A model generated the notes under the pieces. The model ran no database searches. It was not told the origin of the DNA and saw only the letters and a list, made by a program, of their open reading frames with translations. From Proteobacteria bacterium UBA1858 (GTDB lineage Bacteria > Pseudomonadota > Gammaproteobacteria > UBA4575), in NCBI GenBank assembly GCA_002338385.1, contig DDIE01000011.1, positions 1-56,782 of the forward strand: 56,782 bases of DNA, read 5' to 3'. This document shows positions 1-9,940 of this stretch, piece after piece. The first letter of the stretch is position 1. Each line of letters begins with the position of its first letter. A program made the position numbers and the translations under genes.

Positions 1-145
<145 letters not shown>

Positions 146-148
146 GTC

Positions 149-1354
149 GTGGGATTACGCAGTACCTTAGATAATCTCGAACCCAATTTTAAGCCGGGTG
201 GTAAGTACGAATCGTGGTATCCGCTTTACGAAGCGGTCGACACGATATTTTACAGCCCCTCAAGCGTAACCAAGTCATCCGCGCACGTTCGCGACGGTAT
301 TGACCTAAAGCGCATCATGATCACGGTGTGGTTCTGCACTTTCCCAGCCATGTTCTATGGCATGTACAACATCGGTTACCAAGCAAATGAAGTGATCGCT
401 GCCGGTGGTTATTCGCTTGAAGGCTGGCGCGGTGCGATCGTCGCGAGCCTGGGCGGTTTTGATACAAATAGCTTGTGGGACAATTTCCTTTACGGGGCGG
501 TCCACTTCCTTCCGCTGTATGCCATAACGTTCATTGTCGGTGGTTTCTGGGAAGTCCTGTTCGCGATGAAGCGCGGGCATGAGATCAATGAGGGTTTCTT
601 CGTAACGTCCATTCTCTTCACGCTGACATTGCCACCCGACTTGCCACTCTGGCAGGCGGCGATGGGTATTTCGTTCGGCATTGTTGTTGCGAAAGAGGTG
701 TTCGGCGGTACGGGTAAAAACTTCCTTAACCCAGCATTGACGGGTCGTGCGTTTCTTTACTTCGCGTATCCAGCGCAGTTGTCTGGTGATACTGTGTGGA
801 CGGCAGTTGACGGTTATTCCGGTGCGACGGCGCTCAGCGTTGTAGCAACCGATGGTATGGCTGGCTTGACCACTGCTTACACCTGGTGGGATGCCTTCGT
901 AGGCGCAGTGCCAGGGTCTATTGGCGAGACCTCTACTCTGGCTATCATGATCGGCGGCGGTGTCCTGCTAATTATGGGTATCGCGTCATGGCGCGTCGTC
1001 GCTGGCTGCTTCGCCGGTATGATTGCATTCTCACTGCTGCTCAATGCGATTGGCTCAGACAGCAATCCAATGTTTGCCATGCCATGGTACTGGCACTTCT
1101 CTCTTGGTGGTTTCGCTTTTGGCATGGTGTATATGGCAACTGACCCCGTCTCTGCCTCCATGACCAGCACAGGTCGGTGGATGTACGGCATATTGATTGG
1201 TTTTATGACAGTGTTAATACGAGTTGTTAATCCTGCTTATCCTGAGGGTATTATGCTGGCGATACTATTTGCTAATATCTTCTCACCCCTGATTGACTAC
1301 TTTGTAGTGCAGGCCAATATTAAAAGAAGGAGACAGCGTTATGCAGAAAAATAG
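149..1354 (+). CDS. nqrB: Na+-NQR subunit B
   Basis: 401-aa polytopic membrane protein with GTG start. The N-terminus [21 protein letters not shown] is typical of NqrB. Lies at the expected position in the nqr operon. Confidence 0.95.
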   Translation: MGLRSTLDNLEPNFKPGGKYESWYPLYEAVDTIFYSPSSVTKSSAHVRDGIDLKRIMITVWFCTFPAMFYGMYNIGYQANEVIAAGGYSLEGWRGAIVASLGGFDTNSLWDNFLYGAVHFLPLYAITFIVGGFWEVLFAMKRGHEINEGFFVTSILFTLTLPPDLPLWQAAMGISFGIVVAKEVFGGTGKNFLNPALTGRAFLYFAYPAQLSGDTVWTAVDGYSGATALSVVATDGMAGLTTAYTWWDAFVGAVPGSIGETSTLAIMIGGGVLLIMGIASWRVVAGCFAGMIAFSLLLNAIGSDSNPMFAMPWYWHFSLGGFAFGMVYMATDPVSASMTSTGRWMYGILIGFMTVLIRVVNPAYPEGIMLAILFANIFSPLIDYFVVQANIKRRRQRYAEK

Positions 1355-2114
1355 TACCGCTAATATCTTGCTGGTTGCTCTGATCATCTGTATTGCTTGT
1401 TCAGTGATCGTGTCTGCCGCAGCAGTGGTTCTCAGGCCGATGCAAGTGGCCAATAAAGCGCTGGATCAAAAAGTCAACATACTGCAGGTCGCAGGATTGT
1501 GGCAGCAAGATCAAACAGTTGAGCAGATGTTCACCAACATTGAGACACGTTTAATCGATATTGAAGACGGCGAGTACAGTCAACTGTTTGCGCAAGATGA
1601 GTTTGACCAACGCCAAGCGGCCAAGGATGCTCAACTGAGTATAGCTCTGACAAAAGAACAAGACATCGCCAACATTAACCGCCGTGAAAATTATGCCAAG
1701 GTTTATCTGGTTAAAGAGCAAGATCAGGTAGTGCGCTACGTTTTCCCTGTGCATGGTTATGGTTTGTGGTCGACTCTCTACGGCTATGTCACTTTGGAAT
1801 CAGATCTTAATACGATATATGCAATCAAGTTTTACGATCATAAAGAAACTCCGGGTCTAGGTGGGGAAGTCGATAATCCAAGGTGGCAGGCACAATGGCA
1901 GGGTAAAAAACTATTCGACCCTGAGGGCGCAGTCGCTTTTCAGGTTAAGAAAGGTAATGTTCAGGCGAATGATGTGCGCGCCCAGTATCAGGTGGACGGG
2001 TTATCAGGAGCCACCCTGACCAGTAACGGAGTGACCAATATGTTCCATTTTTGGATGGGCGAAAATGGCTACCAAAAATTCATCCAAAGACATGCTGATA
2101 TGGAGGACGTATGA
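1341..2114 (+). CDS. nqrC: Na+-NQR subunit C
   Basis: 257 aa with an N-terminal TM helix and the FMN-attachment region GLSGATLTS. Overlaps nqrB by 14 nt. Confidence 0.95.
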   Translation: MQKNSTANILLVALIICIACSVIVSAAAVVLRPMQVANKALDQKVNILQVAGLWQQDQTVEQMFTNIETRLIDIEDGEYSQLFAQDEFDQRQAAKDAQLSIALTKEQDIANINRRENYAKVYLVKEQDQVVRYVFPVHGYGLWSTLYGYVTLESDLNTIYAIKFYDHKETPGLGGEVDNPRWQAQWQGKKLFDPEGAVAFQVKKGNVQANDVRAQYQVDGLSGATLTSNGVTNMFHFWMGENGYQKFIQRHADMEDV

Positions 2115-2764
2115 GCGGTGAGTCAAAGCAAGTAATTCTCGATCCCTTAGTTGATAACAACCCAATCACCCTACAGATACTCGGTATCTGTTCGGCTTTG
2201 GCGGTGACCACGACAGTTTCAGCAGCGCTGGTGATGTGTATAGCACTCACTTCCGTGACCGCTTTATCGAATGCGTCAATCAGTATGATTCGTCACCATA
2301 TTCCCAGTAATATTCGTATTATTGTGCAAATGACCATCATTGCCTCGCTGGTGATAGTGGTTGATCAAATTCTCAAAGCATATGCCTATGAGGCTAGTAA
2401 AACACTCTCTGTATTCGTGGGACTAATCATCACCAATTGTATTGTGATGGGCCGTGCAGAAGCATTTGCGATGATGAATCCAGTCTCGATTAGTTTTATG
2501 GATGGCGTAGGTAACGGTCTGGGCTATAGCGTAGTACTGTTGGTGGTAGCCGTGATTCGCGAGCTGTTTGGCTCCGGATCATTACTAGGTGTCACTATTC
2601 TACCGCTGGTTAATAATGGCGGCTGGTACGAACCGAACGGACTTCTGTTATTACCGCCCAGTGCTTTCTTTATTATTGGCTTAATGATCTGGGCGATTCG
2701 TGCTTGGAAGCCTACTCAGGTGGAGAAGCCAGAGTTCAAGATTAATAAGGTGGAGAATCTGTAA
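2111..2764 (+). CDS. nqrD: Na+-NQR subunit D
   Basis: 217-aa hydrophobic protein of the NqrD/RnfE type. ATGA overlap with nqrC. Confidence 0.95.
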   Translation: MSGESKQVILDPLVDNNPITLQILGICSALAVTTTVSAALVMCIALTSVTALSNASISMIRHHIPSNIRIIVQMTIIASLVIVVDQILKAYAYEASKTLSVFVGLIITNCIVMGRAEAFAMMNPVSISFMDGVGNGLGYSVVLLVVAVIRELFGSGSLLGVTILPLVNNGGWYEPNGLLLLPPSAFFIIGLMIWAIRAWKPTQVEKPEFKINKVENL

Positions 2765-3372
2765 TGGAGGCTACGCTAGGCTTGTTGGTAAAAGCTATTT
2801 TTGTCGAGAATCTAGCGCTGTCGTTTTTCCTCGGCATGTGCACATTCCTAGCGGTCTCTAAAAAAATCCAAACAGCATTGGGTCTGGGTGCTGCGGTAGT
2901 GGTGGTGCAGGCAATCACGTTACCAACCAACAACCTGATCTACCAATACCTCCTGAAGGACGGCGCGCTAACCTGGCTAGGTCTACCCGAAGTTGACTTA
3001 AGCTTTCTTGGCCTGATCAGTTACATCGGTGTCATTGCCGCGATGGTTCAGATACTCGAAATGGTATTGGATCGTTTCTTTCCAGCCTTGCACAGTGCGC
3101 TTGGTATATTCTTACCATTAATTACGGTTAACTGTGCCATCTTGGGAGGTTCATTGTTCATGGTTGAGCGTGATTATAATTTTGCTGAGAGTGTTACCTA
3201 TGGCATCGGCAGTGGATTGGGGTGGGCATTAGCGATCACTGCGCTGGCCGGTGTGCGTGAGAAACTAAAATACAGCGATGTGCCAGAAGGTCTGCAAGGT
3301 CTGGGTATCACTTTTATCACCGTTGGCCTGATGTCCATGGGCTTTATGGCATTTTCTGGAATTCAGTTATAG
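2764..3372 (+). CDS. nqrE: Na+-NQR subunit E
   Basis: 202-aa hydrophobic protein of the NqrE/RnfA type. Its start overlaps the nqrD stop by 1 nt. Confidence 0.95.
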   Translation: MEATLGLLVKAIFVENLALSFFLGMCTFLAVSKKIQTALGLGAAVVVVQAITLPTNNLIYQYLLKDGALTWLGLPEVDLSFLGLISYIGVIAAMVQILEMVLDRFFPALHSALGIFLPLITVNCAILGGSLFMVERDYNFAESVTYGIGSGLGWALAITALAGVREKLKYSDVPEGLQGLGITFITVGLMSMGFMAFSGIQL

Positions 3373-3389
3373 TTAATGAGGTTATTAGC

Positions 3390-4610
3390 ATGTTAGAAAT
3401 ATCTCTCGGAGTTTCTTTTTTCTTAGCAATTGTGCTCTCGTTGGTAGGTGTCATTCTACTGGCTAAATCTAGATTAGTTGCCGAGGGTGATGTTGAGATT
3501 ACCATCAACGGAGAGCGAACGATTACTGCTCCAGTGGGAGAGAAGTTATTGGCAACCCTCGCGGGAGCTAATCTTTTTGTGCCAAGTGCGTGTGGGGGTG
3601 GGGGTACCTGCGCCCAATGCCGAGTTAAGATATTTGAGGGTGGTGGTACTTTATTGCCGACCGAACAAGCGCATATCAATAAGCGAGAAGCGCGTTCTGG
3701 TTGCCGCTTATCGTGTCAGGTAGCAGTTAAAAATGATATGAAAATTGAAGTGCCAGAGGAGGTCTTCGGAGTAAAAAAATGGCAATGTACAGTCGTGTCT
3801 AATGAGAATGTTGCCACATTCATTAAGAATTTGGTGCTGCGTTTACCTGAGGGTGAGGAAGTTAATTTTCGCGCCGGTGGCTATATTCAAATTGATTGTC
3901 CGCCGCACACGGTAGAGTATAAAAACTTCGATGTGCAAGCCGAGTTTAGAGAAGACTGGGATAAATTTGATCTGTGGCAGTATCAGTCAGTGGTCAATGA
4001 ACCTGTGACTCGTGCTTACTCCATGGCTAATTACCCTGATGAAAAAGGTTTAATTATGCTCAATGTACGTATCGCTTCACCTCCACCGGGTACCGAAGAG
4101 ATACCACCGGGTGTCATGTCCTCGTATATATTTAATCTTAAATCTGGGGATGAGGTCACCATTTCCGGCCCGTTTGGTGAATTCTATGCGCGCGACACTA
4201 AAAACGAAATGATCTTCATCGGCGGTGGAGCAGGCATGGCGCCGATGCGCTCACATATTTTTGATCAACTTAAGCGTCTGCACAGCGATCGCAAAATCAG
4301 TTTTTGGTATGGCGCACGGAGTAAACGAGAAATGTTTTTTGTCGAGGATTTTGACGGCTTAGCCTCTGGTAATGAGAATTTTAGTTGGCATGTCGCACTA
4401 TCTGACCCGCAAGTGGGCGATCACTGGCAGGGTTATACAGGCTTTATTCATGAAGTGCTGTATGACAATTATCTGAAGGATCACCCAGCACCAGAGGATT
4501 GCGAGTTTTATATTTGTGGCCCCCCCATGATGAATGCCGCTGTGGTAAATATGCTACAGGGCTTGGGTGTAGAGCCTGACAATATATTGCTGGATGACTT
4601 TGGCGGTTAG
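3390..4610 (+). CDS. nqrF: Na+-NQR subunit F (2Fe-2S ferredoxin plus FAD/NADH domains)
   Basis: 406 aa. TM anchor, 2Fe-2S motif [10 protein letters not shown]...C, FAD motif RAYSMAN and an NADH-binding fold. Confidence 0.96.
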   Translation: MLEISLGVSFFLAIVLSLVGVILLAKSRLVAEGDVEITINGERTITAPVGEKLLATLAGANLFVPSACGGGGTCAQCRVKIFEGGGTLLPTEQAHINKREARSGCRLSCQVAVKNDMKIEVPEEVFGVKKWQCTVVSNENVATFIKNLVLRLPEGEEVNFRAGGYIQIDCPPHTVEYKNFDVQAEFREDWDKFDLWQYQSVVNEPVTRAYSMANYPDEKGLIMLNVRIASPPPGTEEIPPGVMSSYIFNLKSGDEVTISGPFGEFYARDTKNEMIFIGGGAGMAPMRSHIFDQLKRLHSDRKISFWYGARSKREMFFVEDFDGLASGNENFSWHVALSDPQVGDHWQGYTGFIHEVLYDNYLKDHPAPEDCEFYICGPPMMNAAVVNMLQGLGVEPDNILLDDFGG

Positions 4611-4627
4611 CCCGGTTTGAGTGCATA

Positions 4628-4816
4628 ATGGATACACTGATGGTGACTTTAGTCGTGTTTGTGCTGGCCTTCGCTGGAATGTCCGCAGGAATTCTACTGG
4701 GTCGCTCAGCCATTAAAGGCTCATGTGGCGGTGCTGGCGATAAATGTGGATCCTGTCGCCGTCCATGCGATAAAAATAAGGATAATAATAATGACAATAC
4801 AATCCATCGCAATTAA
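4628..4816 (+). CDS. nqrM: Na+-NQR maturation protein NqrM (DUF539 family)
   Basis: 62 aa with one N-terminal TM helix followed by a four-Cys motif, GSCGGAGDKCGSCRRPC. Starts 17 nt after nqrF. Confidence 0.75.
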   Translation: MDTLMVTLVVFVLAFAGMSAGILLGRSAIKGSCGGAGDKCGSCRRPCDKNKDNNNDNTIHRN

Positions 4817-5195
4817 AGATTATATGAGTGCTAATCTGGTTATGTTTACCCCTGAAATGGAGATCATGAAAGCGATTCAGGTGTTGGTAAAGAATTGTAT
4901 TTCAGCTGCTCCAGTGATAAACGAACGAGGTGATCTGGTCGGTCTTTTGTCTGAAAAGGAATGCATGAAAGTGGCCATTAATGCGGGTTATCATGAACAG
5001 CATGGCGGTCAGGTTCTGGACTACATGACTGCAGAGGTGATTACCGTCGAAGCTGATAATACAATTATAGACATGGCCAAGCTTTTTCTTAAAATAGGTC
5101 CACGTCATTACCCTGTCATGGAAGATAACCGACTAGTGGGGCAAATGAGCCGAAGAGATGTACTGCGAGCGTTGGTCGACATAAACAAACGTTGA
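4791..5195 (+). CDS. Stand-alone CBS-pair domain protein
   Basis: Internal ATG at 4791 of ORF 4659..5195, preceded by AAGGA. The 134-aa product MTIQSIAIKDYMS... carries two CBS repeats (motifs such as PVINERGDLVGLLSEKE and YPVMEDNRLVGQMSRRD). The upstream part of the ORF overlaps nqrM out of frame and looks non-coding. Confidence 0.8.
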   Translation: MTIQSIAIKDYMSANLVMFTPEMEIMKAIQVLVKNCISAAPVINERGDLVGLLSEKECMKVAINAGYHEQHGGQVLDYMTAEVITVEADNTIIDMAKLFLKIGPRHYPVMEDNRLVGQMSRRDVLRALVDINKR

Positions 5196-5317
5196 TATGA
5201 TCAATCATTGTTTTACGCATGTAGTAATACATGTGAGCACTGGTTGATAATATACTGAACATGCAGAGTGTTTGGGCAACTCTCACGCCGTTCATGTAAG
5301 TTACGAACACATGGATT

Positions 5318-7117
5318 ATGGAATCACTACATTTACTCAACACGGTAAGTCAAAAAAGAGCGGCACAACAATTATCTGAACTGATCCAAAACAAGCGTTT
5401 TACAGCGTGGTTTCAACCTATAATTGACTTTTCGGCGCCCGATCGCATCCACTATGAAGCCCTTATCCGCGCGCCTAAAGACAGTATCTTTTCTAGTCCA
5501 TCAGACTTATTCAAAGCAGCCAGCTTATTTGATTGCGTGGAGCAGTTAGAGCGTGTTTGTTTAGAGATATCGTGTCGCAGCTTTATTGAGCATAAACTTG
5601 CGGGTAAGTTATTTGTCAACATCAGCCCATTAACGCTGATCAACAGCAATAGTGAACAAGCCACGGTCCAAGTTATTCTCGATCAGTTCGCGTTGAGAAG
5701 CGACCGTGTGGTGATTGAACTGTCCGAAAAATACCCATTAGAAGACTACGCTATTGTCCATGCCGCGATGAAATACTATCGTGACAGTGGTTTTAAAATT
5801 GCAATTGATGATTTGGGCTCTGGTTATTCCGGTTTACGCGTATGGTCAGAGTTAAAACCGGACTATGTCAAAATAGACCAATACTTCACCCGTGATATAC
5901 ACCAAGACCCGGTTAAACGTGAGTTTGTGCGCTCAATCAACGAAATTTCTCGCAGCCTAGATTGTCATGTTATTGCTGAAGGCATTGAGACTAAGGAGGA
6001 ATTGTCAGTCATTAAGACCATTGGTATATCGCATGGTCAGGGCTTTCTGTTAGGTAAGCCTAGCATCCTGCCGCTGCGTCAGGCACCCGCAATCGCACAT
6101 GCCAACAGACATAAGATTGAGGCCCCGCGATTAGATCCTGACGAGCTACTTGCGAGTGTATTAATTAGGCGGCCAGCCTTGCCCCATGATGCACGCCTAG
6201 GCGAGGCGGCAGACTTATTTTTTCAAGATAAACAATTGCGTGCTATTCCTGTGGTTAGACAGCAAGTACCAGTAGGTATGCTGATTCGCAACCAGGTCTT
6301 AGAATTATTTCTGGAGCAATACGGGCGCTGTTTTGATGCCAATGACAGCGTTAGTTTGCATATGGATCAGGCTGCAGTGATTGTTGAAAAAGCAAGTATG
6401 CAGATAGCGATCAATAAATTCTTAGTGAGTGCGGATGATGCTTGTGATGAATTTATAATTACCGAGCAGGGACAATATATTGGCATCGGACAGACTAAAA
6501 AGTTTTTTGATCAATTGAATGAACAACAAATGCAAGCGGCCCGCTATTCAAATCCATTGACTATGCTGCCTGGCAACGTACCTATCTACGAGTGGATTAA
6601 TGAATTGCTCCTGGCTAAAGTTAATTTTCATGTTGCTTACTTCGATCTCAATTATTTTAAACCGTATAATGATAAGTACGGTTACAGTCGGGGTGATCAA
6701 CTGATCGCCTGGTTAGGTCAATTAATCACTACTCACACGGGTAACAGTAATGATCGTGTTGGCCATATCGGTGGTGATGATTTTGTTGTGATATTCCAAA
6801 CTGATGATTGGCAGATAAAGTGCGAGCTGATCCTGAAAGTATTTGAGGAGCAGATACATGCGTATTTCGATCAGGAGGATATCGATGCGCAAGGTATATA
6901 TAGTCTAGATCGTAGTCTCAACAAGCAGTTCTTCCCACTATTGAGTTTAGCCATCGGTGTGGTGAATCCGGATCCATATCGCTGTGATAGCCATCATGAT
7001 GTTTCTCAGATTGCTTCCGATGCCAAGCATGAGGCGAAACAGATAGGTGGAAATGCGCTGTATGTTTCACGCCGACGCAGCCCTGATAAAGCCTCTTACT
7101 CGAGAATAAACAGCTAG
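5318..7117 (+). CDS. EAL - CBS pair - degenerate GGDEF (GGDDF) signalling protein, putative c-di-GMP phosphodiesterase
   Basis: 599 aa. EAL-domain motifs are intact (YEALIR, ELSE, DDLGSGYSGL, KID, EGIET, QGFLLGKP). The central part resembles a CBS pair. The C-terminal GGDEF-like domain has NPLTMLPGN and HIGGDDF (nt 6770-6784). Confidence 0.88.
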   Translation: MESLHLLNTVSQKRAAQQLSELIQNKRFTAWFQPIIDFSAPDRIHYEALIRAPKDSIFSSPSDLFKAASLFDCVEQLERVCLEISCRSFIEHKLAGKLFVNISPLTLINSNSEQATVQVILDQFALRSDRVVIELSEKYPLEDYAIVHAAMKYYRDSGFKIAIDDLGSGYSGLRVWSELKPDYVKIDQYFTRDIHQDPVKREFVRSINEISRSLDCHVIAEGIETKEELSVIKTIGISHGQGFLLGKPSILPLRQAPAIAHANRHKIEAPRLDPDELLASVLIRRPALPHDARLGEAADLFFQDKQLRAIPVVRQQVPVGMLIRNQVLELFLEQYGRCFDANDSVSLHMDQAAVIVEKASMQIAINKFLVSADDACDEFIITEQGQYIGIGQTKKFFDQLNEQQMQAARYSNPLTMLPGNVPIYEWINELLLAKVNFHVAYFDLNYFKPYNDKYGYSRGDQLIAWLGQLITTHTGNSNDRVGHIGGDDFVVIFQTDDWQIKCELILKVFEEQIHAYFDQEDIDAQGIYSLDRSLNKQFFPLLSLAIGVVNPDPYRCDSHHDVSQIASDAKHEAKQIGGNALYVSRRRSPDKASYSRINS

Positions 7118-7133
7118 CGGCCTGCCTAAGCGG

Positions 7134-7838
7134 TCAGGCGTGCTGGACGTGGCTCAAGTCGCGCTGGATGCGGGATCTGATATCTTTTACAGCACACTCT
7201 GAGATTGCTGCGGTACGCACCTGATCGCGACACAGTGCGGTCCTGAAACCTAGGTAGTCAGCCTCCAATGGCATCAGGGTGGCAATATCCTGGGCACGTA
7301 AAGATCCAGCCAGGCCTGTCAATAGCCCCAACTGCTGAGCACTGCTGACAAATTGGATGAGTTCTTCCAGACTGCGATGTTGCCTAAGACTGCCTGATTT
7401 CTTGCCTGCTGTGTCCAGCATGACACCGCAGAGTCGCGCTTGTTTGCAGGCGTGTATAGTAGCCAACATGTCAAATTCTAGGTCGGCAAATAACACCGCA
7501 ATAATTTTGACCCCGCGGCGCGCGTGATAGGCAAAGCTGGGCAGACAATGTTCAATGTGGCGTTGGCTAAACATGCCAACCTTAACATAGTCGACGCCCG
7601 TGTCTGCGACGGCTTCAATACGGTCCAAAATGAGGGTGATATCAGCTTCAAGATCGCCCACGGTTGCGCTCACGACCGACGTTTCCCATAGATGGTCAAC
7701 GACAGTCTGAATAGTATGCGTAGATAAGCCACCCAGTGCGCCCTGGCTAGGTTCTTTTAAATCGATAATATCGGCACCGTTCTGGCTCACGATGATGGCG
7801 TCTTGTAGGTTATTGACGCTGGCTAAAAATCCACTCAT
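7134..7838 (-). CDS. mfnB: (5-formylfuran-3-yl)methyl phosphate synthase-like protein (MfnB/DUF556 family; methanofuran/methylofuran furan-moiety synthesis)
   Basis: Start taken at the internal ATG 7838 (MSGFLASVNNLQDAII...GADIIDLKEP...DYVKVG...MLDTA). Alignable by eye along its length to archaeal MfnB. ATGA overlap with the upstream DUF447 gene. Confidence 0.75.
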   Translation of the reverse strand: MSGFLASVNNLQDAIIVSQNGADIIDLKEPSQGALGGLSTHTIQTVVDHLWETSVVSATVGDLEADITLILDRIEAVADTGVDYVKVGMFSQRHIEHCLPSFAYHARRGVKIIAVLFADLEFDMLATIHACKQARLCGVMLDTAGKKSGSLRQHRSLEELIQFVSSAQQLGLLTGLAGSLRAQDIATLMPLEADYLGFRTALCRDQVRTAAISECAVKDIRSRIQRDLSHVQHA

Positions 7839-8410
7839 GTTGTTGGGTTCTCTGCTTGTAAGTGTGCGGTTACTTTTTGCATGAGCCAATCCCATGCCTC
7901 AAATTCTCGTTCGCCAGCAGTTTTGTCTAAACCAATGTGCAAGTACTCAATTTCAGTCTCTATCTTTTGTTTGGGCAACATGCTCAGCCTGCTAACAAGT
8001 ATGGCCAGTTCGATGACCGCGAACTGAGCACGATTATACCCATGAAATGGTGCATGTGTTTGCTCATGCACAGATTGGCAATAAAATTTTGGTCGCACAT
8101 CATCTGCATCTTGTTGCATCACCTTAACTTCTGTATGTGCTAGACAATGCGCTAGACGCACCCCCTCAATGACCTCGGTGGCAACAGTTGGCCAATCACG
8201 CTGGCCGATAATACAACCCGCAAAGATTCTGACATCATCCGTATAGTTGATCGTTGCAGTACCTGTGCGCAGTAGATTATTGAGGGTAGCTGAGGGTTTA
8301 AACGGTGCAAGCATGAGCCCTTGCGAGGTCTCATGGGCCCCCATCGGAGTGATGTGTGGCTCTCCGTTAGCATGCAGGGTAGTGATTATACTCTCGCGGA
8401 TAAATGGCAT
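7835..8410 (-). CDS. DUF447-family protein (archaeal-type, linked to tetrahydromethanopterin biosynthesis)
   Basis: 191 aa from ATG 8410 (MPFIRESIITTLHANGEPHITPMG...). The ORF-track start at 8440 is a TTG that overlaps the upstream gene. Sits between the DHPS-like and MfnB-like genes. Confidence 0.7.
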   Translation of the reverse strand: MPFIRESIITTLHANGEPHITPMGAHETSQGLMLAPFKPSATLNNLLRTGTATINYTDDVRIFAGCIIGQRDWPTVATEVIEGVRLAHCLAHTEVKVMQQDADDVRPKFYCQSVHEQTHAPFHGYNRAQFAVIELAILVSRLSMLPKQKIETEIEYLHIGLDKTAGEREFEAWDWLMQKVTAHLQAENPTT

Positions 8411-8433
8411 AGTAATATTTAATAGCAGGTCAA

Positions 8434-9885
8434 TTAACAACGTCGTGCGTCTAGCTTAGGATCTTTCTTCGCTTTATTTTTACGTCTCTTTTTGCGATCC
8501 TCGCGGGTTGGCATCGTACTGCCTTCTTGTTTGAAATTGGCTAAATCCTGGCTGGCTCTCTCGACCGCAATACCCCACGCCAGTTCCTCGTCTTGTTCAT
8601 AGCGTTTACCCAACTGCCAGGCAATTTGTGCCCGTGCAAGTTCAACGCCTAGATAAAATGCATGGCCGCCGTCTGCAAACACATTAAGATTGGGATAATG
8701 ATCAAATGGATCCGTGGCGTTCCATATTCCGTCCCGATTGTATATGAAGACACCTGCTTCACATACCTGAATTCTAAAATTTGGATCCCGCACATCCTCA
8801 GCAAACTCTCTGATTTCCTGTTCTGTATAGGGGAAGGGTTTGCGTTCATGCAATGCCATCAAGCCATTATGGTAGCCCTTGGGAGGAATACTATCAGCAC
8901 TAGAGGCATACATGATACGCCTAGCCAGATCCGCTTCCTTAATTGATTTGCGGCAATGCTCGCTGACTTCGGTAGCTAAGATATGTTGAATGCCTAATTC
9001 GGAAATAATGCCCATCAGGAGTGTATTTGTGCCGGCACTATCAACATGAGTAAGTTCAGTGAGATTGCCCACACCCATCATGATTTCAATATCTGGATAA
9101 CGGTTACGCAGATTACGGTAACGCACGATTGATTCAGTGAAATTAAAATTGATAGGGTCGAGGATCGGGTCGGCAATAAAACGCACGCCTTCCTTGAGTA
9201 ACAGCTCTATGGTTCGATATAGCGAGCGCAGACTAGTGGGTGGTGTGCCGATTATGATAGGTGTGGCATCAACCTTTTCGAGTACCCACAAGGAATGACG
9301 CTGCAGACTCAGTAAGAAATCAGCACCGGCGCGACCACCAGTGACCAGATCCTCCGGCAGCAGTGAATCAACACTGACTTTAAAGCCGGCGGCTTTCAAG
9401 GCCTGGACGGTTTCTGCTAGGTGGGCGAATGGCGTATTGGGTAAACAGCCCAAATCAATCACATTGGCTCCATCCTGTCGATAGCGCTCAGCAGTCGCGA
9501 TAATTTGTTCGACAGTCATGTTGGGCGCATCGACAATTTCACCAAAAATATCGGTGGCATAGCGACTTAAATCGGTTTTCTTGGCGGCATGACCAAAATG
9601 CTGAGGCAAATCTTTAAGTTCTTCTGGTCCCCGCTCTACTGGCGTATTAAGTTGTAGTGCCAGCTCTTCAATATCGCCGCGGCAACGCCCTGGTAAGATG
9701 ATTTTATCGAACTTAGCCACGTCTTTAATACGGCGCGCTATTAAGTCTGTAGTCATCAAAGCCGCTACGCTCACACCGATTTGCATGACCTCGTAACTGA
9801 AGTCTCTAGGCTCCATCCCAGCGAGGACTTTGTGCAAACTTTTCTCTGCAAGTTTGCCGGTGAGAAAAAGATAATGTTGTGACAT
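8434..9885 (-). CDS. Dihydropteroate-synthase-like (pterin-binding) protein of the methanopterin pathway type
   Basis: 483 aa from ATG 9885 (MSQHYLFLTGKLAEKS...). The pterin-binding barrel region includes GANVIDLGC and SVDS. The longer ORF to 9963 would overlap the recJ start. The C-terminal tail is K/R-rich (REDRKKRRKNKAKKDPK). Confidence 0.72.
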   Translation of the reverse strand: MSQHYLFLTGKLAEKSLHKVLAGMEPRDFSYEVMQIGVSVAALMTTDLIARRIKDVAKFDKIILPGRCRGDIEELALQLNTPVERGPEELKDLPQHFGHAAKKTDLSRYATDIFGEIVDAPNMTVEQIIATAERYRQDGANVIDLGCLPNTPFAHLAETVQALKAAGFKVSVDSLLPEDLVTGGRAGADFLLSLQRHSLWVLEKVDATPIIIGTPPTSLRSLYRTIELLLKEGVRFIADPILDPINFNFTESIVRYRNLRNRYPDIEIMMGVGNLTELTHVDSAGTNTLLMGIISELGIQHILATEVSEHCRKSIKEADLARRIMYASSADSIPPKGYHNGLMALHERKPFPYTEQEIREFAEDVRDPNFRIQVCEAGVFIYNRDGIWNATDPFDHYPNLNVFADGGHAFYLGVELARAQIAWQLGKRYEQDEELAWGIAVERASQDLANFKQEGSTMPTREDRKKRRKNKAKKDPKLDARRC

Positions 9886-9940
9886 ATTTGTGTTTTCTAG
9901 ATTAAATAGTCGTCGAACTGGCAGCCAAAATTGATAATAT

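Noticed and set aside
4444-4812. 122-aa minus-strand ORF spanning the nqrF 3' end and nqrM
   Set aside because: It is antisense to two genes that have clear family signatures, and its composition is not protein-like (runs of S/L/P/R).
5218-5233. Inverted repeat CATGTA-GTAA-TACATG after the CBS gene
   Set aside because: The 6-bp AT-rich stem without a U-tail is not a credible terminator. It could be an operator, but I have no supporting second copy or known consensus. It is mentioned only in the CBS/EAL finding.
7118-7140. Possible terminator hairpin between the convergent EAL-GGDDF and MfnB-like genes
   Set aside because: Only a 5-bp stem (GCCTG/CAGGC) with a 10-nt loop and no T tract on either strand. 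This is too weak to call.
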